Shown here piece by piece: positions 28,033-37,400 of a DNA stretch of 64,000 nt (positions are counted from its first letter, which is position 1; each line of letters opens with the position of its first letter). Origin of the DNA: Ramazzottius varieornatus (Eukaryota; Animalia; Tardigrada); NCBI GenBank assembly GCA_001949185.1, contig BDGG01000001.1:2311324-2375323 (forward strand). The letters run 5' to 3'. Position numbers and translations under genes: made by a program. The notes under the pieces were generated by a model that was not told the origin of the DNA, made no database searches, and saw only the letters and a list, made by a program, of their open reading frames with translations.

Positions 28033-31003
28033 ATGGATGGCCTTCGGCGAATCCATCATGAATGGAGACGCTTCCCCACCACCATGGTCACTCGCTACGA
28101 GCCCGGCAAGAAGAAGATGGCCGTCTTTCTGGTGATTGCGGATCACATTGATGGGCCGGAGCAAAAATCTGCAGGGGAATGGGCGAAACTCTTGCTGCGT
28201 TGGGCGGTAAGCGGTAATACGTTGTACTGTGGGTGCAAAAGGATATCACACAGTTCACGTCTTAGGTGGACAACTCCTGGGACATTGTGCAGGATGAATA
28301 CGGCGATCCGGTGGCGCCAATGCGGGCAAAGTGTCAAACTGGGGTATGTAAGACTATTAAACCGTCGTGTGGTACTGGTGATCTGACATCTGGTTCTTTC
28401 AGCGTTGGCGGCTCTAGAAGATGATTACGATGGTTTCGTCGGGAAGTACATTTTCAAAGCCTTGGCTCTATATCTAAAGGCGCCGGTCTATATGTGGAAC
28501 GGCGAAGTGGCAGGGGAACCGACCGTCGTGAGTAGAGGGACCATCTGAGAAATGGGGGTTCGTGGGTATGAGGTGGTACCGTTCATCATTCGACTGTTTA
28601 CAGTATAAGCGAAATGCCGTCCCGGGGCAAGACGAAGCGCACTTTTTATACTTTTCGGACGGCTTTGGCAGTCTGCGTATGACGGACCAGCTGCGGGGAC
28701 CGGTGTAGCTGATCCTGGACGAGGATGAGAACGGAGCTCGGCGCATCCGAAGCAAGACTCTCGGATGTATCGAAACGTCTCGTTCTCCACCGCCCCAAGG
28801 TCCGCTATCAGCGAAAACCCAGTCGGCCTTGACTGAATTGCAGGTACTGGTTCCGGATGCCTATAATGGGATGGTTGGTTCTGACCGTCCATTTCTAGGA
28901 AATTTACGGTATATGGTTCATGTTTTACAGTGTGTAACCGAACCGGAGCGTCGTGTGGCGAGGTTGGATGAAACAGTCGAATCAAAGACGGGGCTGTGGA
29001 TTAGTCCAGCCACATACAACAACGACACAGAGCTAGTGGCCGATTCTCCAGACGCTCTCTACCCGTCCATCAGCCCGGTGCGCGTCGACACTTTGCCAGA
29101 ACGCAACAAGCCGCCCTCTCTACCGGCGTCCCCGTAAGGCATTACCCCTAGTCCCCTAACGCCGAAAAAGATGCGGCCATTGGTACAAGATAACACTCTT
29201 ATAAAAACTCGAACATATCTGAGAGAGTTCTGTCCTTTACAGACGCCGATGGGCCAACTCTCTGTATCCACCTCAGTCATCCCTGTGGCCCCTGTGGTGG
29301 ACATTGAGCCGTCAACGTCTAGTGTCGTGCCAGATGTGCCGGTCACGACGCCGAAGCTGGCAACAGCGCGTTATAATGCACTCAACTACGGATGGGACCG
29401 TCACGAAGGTACAAACGGGTGCTCTAACGAGTGGGGCCACAATCCCTAGTGCCAATGAATATTGTATTGTCTTCTTGTAGACTGGCATACGATAACGTTA
29501 CATTGGCTTCGAAATGAAGGCCTGGCCTACTGCTGTGGAGCCCAACTAACCCCTTTAACCTCACCAAATCGAGCGGTGCAGACTCTGACGTGTAGTGCGG
29601 TTACGTTGAAGCTGTGCTGCGCACCGGGTGCCCTGAAGAAGTATAAGTGTGACACATCGATGCGCGCCCAACGTTACCATACTCTGACTAGTTTCGTCTA
29701 CTATGGAAGTGGTAAGGGATCTTGGCGAAAATCACGGCCGCGTTCACATAGCAAGCCATTACGGTGTGCCGTGTTTTTCCAGTGTTCGAAGCTGGCGATT
29801 TGCCGACAGACATGCCGGATAACGTGCGACTGAGTTTTTACAAGTCTTATACAGCCAACACAGTTGCCGTTCCCGTGAACCAGCCCATGTCGACTCAGGA
29901 GGAAGAGATGGTTTTCTATAAAGCCGCGGCCGAGCGGTTGCGATTGTCCATCAAGGCGTGCGATTATCTCGGCCCAGCTCTATTAGCGAAGATGGACAAG
30001 TGTGACGAACCGATCAAGACATCGATGGTGGTGACAAAGTTTCGACTCTAAGTCGGGAAAACACTTCAGTTGGCGGGTATCCCTGACGATAACGTCGTGA
30101 TCATTAATACGATGTATGTCGGAGACAAGCTGGGAGGCACACCAACCGAGCCGGACAACCTAGAACCATGCAAAGTGACATACGCGATCAACCGTAAGTG
30201 GTAGAACAGCTTGTGGTGAACTGCTTGTGGCACTCAAAGTGGATGGATCGCATCGACCATCCCTTTTTAAGACCATCGATGTTTGACAGCTATTCTCGAC
30301 GATGACCCACCGCAAGTAAGGGGCGAACCAACAGTAATACATGAAAGCCCGATGCAAGAGTTGCATTTTCCGTCATTGTTTACGTTGAGCACATCTATAC
30401 AATCCTGACTGAATTTCCCTTGCTGCAGGATCACGCGTTCTGGCGGTGAACCTCCGGTTCCACACGGAGGTGCCCGACATTCCGGGACTGCCTGCCTGGT
30501 TGTCCGTCAGTGGATTCAGCAAGGACAATTTTAAAAGTTCCAAGGGACTAGTATTCAACCGGGATGAATACTACACGGCTGTTCTGCCAACCTTACTAGC
30601 TGCGGCTCGTCGCGAGCTCGGTGGGGCCGCCAAGATTGTGCTCATCCACGACAATGCTCCATATCTGTCGCCGGATGCAGAGTCATGGATGAAAAAGTTG
30701 GCCAACATGTGCGGTGGGCCGCAGCCGGTGGTGCTCAAGTTGGTGAACGACAAGGGGAAGAATGAGATGAATAGACCGACGGCTCAGTTTCTCAACCCCA
30801 CTTACCAACGCAATCTGTCGGAGATGATGAAATGGCTCATGACATTTGTGATGAAACATCTGCCAGCGTCACAGTCGAGGCTGGAAAAGACTGGAGGCGG
30901 TTCGCCAGGTTGTGCAGTATGGTATGAACAACCCCGATGCCGATGGTCGTGGTTCCGAACGACCTTGCTGGACGCCAGGACTGGCCGATTCGTTCGTCAG
31001 TGA
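28033..31003 (+). pseudogene. Island gene A: spliced, degenerate, unknown protein
   Basis: Series of GT-AG introns (e.g. ~28844-28930, 30194-30289) linking protein-like segments, with in-frame stops and frameshifts; last exon contains KIVLIHDNAPYL. Confidence 0.5.
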
Positions 31004-31450
31004 TATTGTGGCTGGGTTTTCCTCTGGTCCCTCTTTTTCCAATTTGATTTTTGCTATCCGAGACTGCGGCGGGGTGAGGGCGCACACCAACCGCGGTTGG
31101 TAATTTTTTTTTGTTCAATTTGAGTAATTCCCTTTGATGTTTCATTCCTCTATAAAGGATGGTCGTCGCCGACCATCCCTTTTTAGTATGACATTTTGGT
31201 CATCAGCTACAATTTGGTTTAACGGTAAAGTAAAACTTCCGATTGCACAACTATCACTCCTGATAATTTTCCTACAGTAGTTTTAGTATTAAACGGGACA
31301 GGGAAACGTCTCGAAACGTAAAGAAAATCTAGGGAAAAGTATTCTCCTCGGCGACCGTCGCTTTAGCCTTCCACGCGGCGACCTTCTTCCCAGCGGCGCG
31401 CTGATGAGATCCGGGGGCGTCATCGCCGACGCTTCTTCCGGGGACGCTTT

Positions 31451-34400
31451 CTAAGCGGGTTTCTTGGCTGGCGACTTGGCCTTGGTCGGGGACGTCTGAG
31501 CTGCCAGTGCCGCCGTATAGGCACGGGTTTCCGTGGTGAAGCGCTCAAGATCAGCCGCCGCGGCATCGGTGTACCGCTACAAGGAAGAGTGCGTGACCGG
31601 TGAGATGACCGACAGACTGGCTATGCTGACCTACCTGCTTGGCGTCAGCCGGCAAAGCCGCCCACGCCGCCAGTGCTTCCGTCTTCAATTCGGCCGTCTT
31701 GAGCGTGGAATGTTTCTGTTGGTAGTGGTTCTTGAAGTGCGTATACGCCGCCAAGGGTCGACGAGGAGCCTATGAAGAATGAACACTATAAATGGATGGT
31801 CACGGGAGACCATCCATTTTTAGGATGAACAGTCCGACTTACATTGCCCGTGTTAGCCGGTCGTCCAACTTGCCCCTTGTTCTTCCGGTTGCGCTTGGCG
31901 CGAACCTTGAGGTTGGCCAACGAGGCCTGTTGCTCAGCGGTCAGCGGCGTATAATACCCCAAGGGCTGAATGGACAGCAGCATACGGGCGCGATTCCAAA
32001 TCTCCTGGCGCACGTAGGATGACATGCTCTTGACTCCTGGCCATGACTGTGTGTGATTGGTACTACCCGCTACAAACGGCAACATTAGAGGTCAAAGGGT
32101 ACTACCAGCGTCCAACTTACCGTTGCCCACACTTTGCTTGTTACGATCCTGACCTTTGGCTCGCTTCTTCAGTGCTTCCAGTCCGTCCACGCGCACGGGA
32201 ATGGACGTCTGCGCGACGAAGCGCTGGTACTGCGCACCGGCTGGTTAGACGGTCCAGCCTTTGCTGTTTCGGACTGCTTGCCTTTATCCGCTCGCCAAGC
32301 CTGTAAATCATAAAAATCATACGACGAAAACCAGCTAGGCACAATGGCAATGACACCGGCTTACCGCCACAACCTTTCGCAGCTCGTCCGCATCGGGGTC
32401 GTCACTTTGCCAGCCGAGAATGTCCGCCTGGGGTATCGGCACAAACTGGGCCATTTCAATCTACCACATAGATATATACACACTCGCTAAATATGGATGG
32501 ATGTCGGTGACCATCCCTTTTTAGCAACGCCTACCGTCTGATTCTTTTCTCGCTCCAGCTCCGCGGCAATGTCGTGTGGCAGTAGGACCTCGTCTGTTTT
32601 CGCCAGTGCATTAACTTCCGCTCGTGCCTGTAACCGTAAACTGCATTGCGCCGTCACATAGACGCTTAATGGTGCACCGGTTTGAACATACCTGCTCAAA
32701 GCGCCACCAGTCGGTCAAGAAGTGCAGCTGGACAATGGCCTGTTTGTTCTTTGACAAGTTCTGGTAGGTGCGACTCTTGCTGGACCATTTCGCCAGATAG
32801 GAGGAGAATGGGGCATCATCGCGGCGTGACGCGAAATAACTGGCCACATCGGGTGCGGGAGCCAGTTCATAACGACTGTCGAGAATCAGGGCTCGTTCGA
32901 CCTTGCCTGACTTTGATTGGCCAAATCGACACTTGTATTTGACCTAAGAAGAGACCGAGGTTAATAAAGTGTCTCCGAGGCCATACCGAGAACCATATAC
33001 TTGTCCTTACCTGCTGATTGGGTGGAGTGGTATTCAGGGCAGCGCTGAACGGCCACGAGTTCACGGAACAGTCGGTCAAGTCGCTAAAATTTGTAAGGCC
33101 ACTGACTGGCACGGCCGTCCCAGCCTCCACATTGTCCAAAACGTTGCCCTGTTCCTACCAACAAGTCCATCATATTAGCGTATTAGGGCACATAACTTGC
33201 TGAATACCGCCGTCACTGACCTGAAACACGGCCAAGTAACGGTCCAGCGTCTTCAACAGAGAGGCAGCTGTTGCAGGATTATCCTTCAACGCCTTCAGGA
33301 TCCAGGACCAGTTGTCGGCAAACGACTCCACTTCCGGCTCGAATCGCAAATGAAGAAGGGCCGTAGTACTGACGTCCGGACACATCATCCCGTGCAGGAT
33401 ACGCCGCTCGGATATGCCCGCCAACGAGTCTTTTGGTCGGACCAACTTGACCATGTCCGCTGCTGTTGGGTCGAAGGTCATCGTGACCTCCTCAGTCGCG
33501 TCGTCGTCCTTGTCCGTTGAGGCGGACACAGCACCAACACGCTTGCCGCGGAATTTTCGCGAGGACTTCGCACGGCGACCCTTTTTGGCGTTGGGTCTGT
33601 CTTGTCCGCTGGTCGCGTCTGTTGATGTTGCTGGGCTGCCGGAACGGCGTGGGACGAAGACGGAACCGTCATCATCTGGACTTGTTCCTGGACACCGGCC
33701 AGTGCGGGGTTTCCAGCCGTGGTGTTGGCCGCAGCATTCTCGGCCGACTTCTTCGCGCTAGGCTGCAAATAAACATGTACTGTAGCATCCACAACAGACT
33801 ATAAAGGGATGGTCATCATCAACCATCCATTATTCGGCATACCTTGAGAATATCCAATTCAATGTCGGCCTTGGCCAGGTTGTGTTCGGCCACTACCTTA
33901 ATCATCTTGGCCTCGAGCCGATCCCACGGTTCTTGGGCCTTGTGCAACTTGTGAAAGTACAGCGCGAGACTGCCACCTTTCAAGAGCATCGGCCCCATCT
34001 TAACCTCGTCGTCTTTCAGGCCCACGATGGTCCCTTGTTCCAGTTCTTTCAACAACAAACGGAGGTGGGGATAGACGTTGTTGGGCGCGGTGGCCAGCCA
34101 GCGGAGGGCCGCCATCATGTCGCTGTCCCACACCTTCTTCACCTACAACGATCGCCTGCGACGGACAAGGTACCAAACATGATATCGCACAAACGATCCG
34201 ACATAGTCAGACGGGCATATTCCGCTACTTACGTTCGGTTCAAAAGCAGACAGATAACGCTTTGTGCGGGTAAACAAATCAGCTGACACATCCCAGGGCT
34301 CGTAATCCACATTGGCCATCTGCTGCGACGGTCGCCACTCCACCAAACGAAATCGGAAGATCTTGACCCATTGGTACACGGTGGCAGCCGTGGCACGCGT

Positions 34401-35507
34401 ATGGTCAAAGTTGACAACGTTGGCGTAGACCTCGCGTTCTGCGGCCGGAAAGTCATAGACGATAAAGACCTGCAAATACAAATAGACGCTATTAATGGAT
34501 GGAATCCAGTGACCATCCAATTTTAGCGAACCAGGCTTGAGTTGCATACCGGTACTCGTGTTCTCACGGTCCAGTACCGATCAGGCAGCTCACGGCGTCG
34601 CGGGTCCTTCTCACGACGTTCCGCCACCATCTTCCTAGCGGCTAGACCATGATTGCCTACAAGCACATGTTACAATGCAATATTCACAACGGGTTTCTCG
34701 ACTTGCACGGGCAACTTACCGCTGGAGACCTTCACGAACCAAACTAGGCGAGCTTTGGCTAACCGTCTTCGCAGCACATCGATCGGCTCGCCGTGGAAAT
34801 ATGACTTTTTCTGCTTGACATCGGCCGGATCGGTGATGGTCTGCCGATCCGGCCTGCCAAGGTGTCAAACTGGAACGAATCTGTCAGCGCATCTTCCACC
34901 TCTTGCGCCCGCTGGAAGACATCCGTTCCCGCCTGTTCCGCTGCAGCCTTGTTGTGGCCAATACCCGGGATAACAACGTATGCCTTGTGCAGCGGAGTGC
35001 CATGAGGGCTCTTGTCCTGAATGTCGGCGACCTCTCGGTCGATCTTGGACTGGATCAAGTCTCTCACCAGACCATCGTCTTCAGTGGCATTGAGCAGCCG
35101 ATGTAGCGGAAAGTCCTTTGGTATCCCGCCAACTAGCAAAAAAATCACAACAACGGATTAGATTGCATACCGAGAACCGCAATGTTTCAAACTTACACAG
35201 ACGGTGCTGGTCAAACACCACATAGACGTTCTGTGAAATGATCCCGCCGGAAGTGGTGGCCTATAATCCAACAGACGTAAGAACACTAAAAATGGATGGA
35301 TATCCAGAACGATCCACTTTTAGCAACGTATAATATAATACTGACCTCCGTGCCATCGCTCAATGTATCAAGCAGAGCCCGACGTCGAGGACTAGGGTCC
35401 TTCGCTGGAGACTTGCGAGGTGACTGGGAGCCGCGAGGACCACCCGAGCGTAACGCGGACATTCCGGCAGGAACGGCTGGAACAAAGACACATTCAGACT
35501 CGTCCAT
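31451..35507 (-). pseudogene. Island gene B: ParB/Srx-like N-terminal domain plus C-terminal HMG box (about 13 exons, at least 2 apparent frameshifts)
   Basis: Splicing introns 34719-34657 and 34549-34470 gives FVKVSSGNHGLAARK...RVPVFIVYDFPAAEREVYANVVNFDHTRATAATVYQWVKIFR; splicing 31842-31770 and 31634-31577 gives NAPRRPLAAYTHFK...LKTAELKTEALAAWAALPADAKQRYTDAAAADLERF (HMG box). Confidence 0.7.
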
Positions 35508-35832
35508 AAACTCTTTAGACCCCAAGCTTCTCGTCAGTACGTCTACTGTCCATCCGCATGAGTCACATCACTCTATATATTAGGCCATACAGCATACTGT
35601 ATCGCCACGTACCCCGGTGAGGAGACGGCAGACAAAGCCAATCTGGAACAGCTGACTATCCCGCACCTGCAGCAGAGTCACGTTACGGACAGACGGAGGA
35701 TGAAGGTCCACTAAAATGGGATGGTCATCGAGAGCCATCCAATTTTAGCCAGACACAAAAAGTGTTATCAACAATCAACTAATCAACCAACAAGGTCTCA
35801 CTGTATCGGTACAATGATCGAACTCATATCAG

Positions 35833-35952
35833 TGACGTCACATTCTCACCGGCGCATAGGGTTGTACTATGACGTCACATTCTCACCGGCGCATAGGGTT
35901 GTACTATGACATCACATTCTCACCGGCGCATAGGGTTGTACTATGACGTCAC
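35833..35952 (+). repeat. Tandem repeat, 37-bp unit x 3.2
   Basis: Unit TGACGTCACATTCTCACCGGCGCATAGGGTTGTACTA starts at 35833, 35870, 35907, with a partial copy at 35944. Confidence 0.95.
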
Positions 35953-36269
35953 CATAATTTTTTCTATTATACCATCTCCATAATGCACAGACACTCAATA
36001 CATCTTCAAAACGCATACCAACGGCCGCCATTTCCGGGTGTCATGGAGAGATGGCGCCACACATCGCATGTTCGCGGCTTGGGTTGCTTATAAGTTTGTG
36101 CAGTTCCTGTGGGGCTCAGTTTCTGTGGAATTTATCATCAGCCGAAGTTGACGATGACCGAAACCTGCTCGTCCGACATCGCTGTAAGACTGTTCCTTCC
36201 TATCGAACATGAATTTACAACCAAGAGCTCTACAAAAACAAACTGTACTTGGTCGTTTCCCTAAGTGGC

Positions 36270-37400
36270 ACAGTACTCAATGGCCCGCCACTGTTGAATG
36301 GAAGGGCGTGGACAACGTCCAACAGGTTCCGGCTAAGCTACCACCAGTCTTCAACGGCGATCGACTTCTCGTCTTTGCTTTTTTCAGCCTACCTGCTGGA
36401 AGCTCTAAGCCGGTGATTCGCTGCCGGCCATCACGTACTGGATGGCGGCCCTGAACCCAGACTTTGGAGTCTTCGTCGTCTGCTGCTGCATACTGGCCCT
36501 GGTGGCCAATCAGCTTCGCCTACATCATCTCCTGCACTTGTAGCTCTGCGCAGTCGGCCGTCGGTGTAGGTATGACGGTAGACCTACCTTTGACGTTGTT
36601 TGGCGGTCTGTTCATGAACCTCAGAACTGCACCGTCGTGGTCGTTCCGTTGCTGGACTTGGAGGCAGACCTATCGGTATGGATCCTGCTAAGATCAGGGA
36701 GTCAAATGATAAACTGAAGTCCAAGATGACGGACGTGGCAGAAGATCAAGCAGCGAAAGACAAGTTGGCTGAAGCTAGAGCCGGAATGGCCAAAGCTGCT
36801 GCTGAATTCAGTGAATTTCGCAAGGCAGCGGATGAGGGAGCTGCACAGGCCAAACTGGAGGAAGACCTGGCTAAATATCGCAAAGTAGCGCACGGGTCGT
36901 TTCCGACCAAAATTCGAGCAGCAAGATTTGTTCGACTCGGGTAAGAGGACTTTGATACAAGAATGAATTTCGAGGAAATGAAGATATAATTAATAGCGTG
37001 TATTTCTGGCCTCTAATCCAGATCAAGAAGACATCATGTCTGGACCGCCAGACGGTGGCCGAACCCGTTCGACTATACTGTCGAAAAGTGCTTTCGCGGA
37101 AAGATTTGCCGGTCAACATTCTTCGTCCGGTTTCGTGTCAGCTGAAGACGAATTCGGAAAGTGCCAAAAAGCTTTACGTGAGTCTTCCCAACTATCACAG
37201 TTTGCTTGCCTAGTTGTCAGTTAGTACCAACCGTTGTCGCTGATGCTCACAGGTGTCGAGAAGACCGTCACAGATGTCGAGAAGAAGAAGAAGGTTGCCA
37301 CCTACTGCCAATTGTGCGACCGAACATTCAAGAACTCCGGTGCATACCTGGCACCATGGCCGATGAGCACACCACGTCCGCAAGTACGAAGATGATCTTA
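36270..37400 (+). pseudogene. Mosaic of short unrelated gene fragments (VWA5A-like, white/ABCG TM segment, coiled coil, C2H2 remnant)
   Basis: QQVPAKLPPVFNGDRLLVFAF; SFAYIISCTCSSAQSAVGVGMTVDLPLTLFGGLFMNLRTAPSW; helical ORF 36678-36944; YCQLCDRTFKNSGAYL. Confidence 0.55.

Larger units (their letters stand above)
27792..35748. repeat. 11 copies of a ~38-bp imperfect palindrome (15-bp arm, 8-bp variable spacer, 15-bp arm)
   Basis: Copies at 27792-27829, 27964-28001, 28861-28898, 30233-30270, 31150-31186, 31786-31823, 32487-32524, 33799-33836, 34489-34526, 35286-35323, 35711-35748; example CTATAAATGGATGGT cacgggag ACCATCCATTTTTAG. Confidence 0.95.
27650..35960. mobile_element. Unclassified two-gene selfish/mobile island (ParB-like/HMG gene, unknown gene, 38-bp palindromes)
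   Basis: Lies between the halves of the p62-like gene; two convergent spliced genes unlike host genes; private palindrome family; terminal tandem repeat. No TIR or TSD recognised, so boundaries are approximate. Confidence 0.65.

Noticed and set aside
28028-28060. Possible 12th palindrome copy (ctcaaatggatggcc...atccatc)
   Set aside because: Only the left arm matches; the right arm and spacing do not fit, and it overlaps the presumed start of gene A.
30640-30670. Calling gene A a Tc1/mariner transposase from IHDNAPY
   Set aside because: A single short motif only; no other DDE motifs, TIRs or TA TSD were found.
27792-35748. CRISPR array or integron attC cassette array interpretation of the 38-bp palindromes
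   Set aside because: Intervals are 0.2-1.4 kb, contain exons of continuous spliced genes rather than spacers or self-contained cassettes, and no cas or integrase gene is visible.
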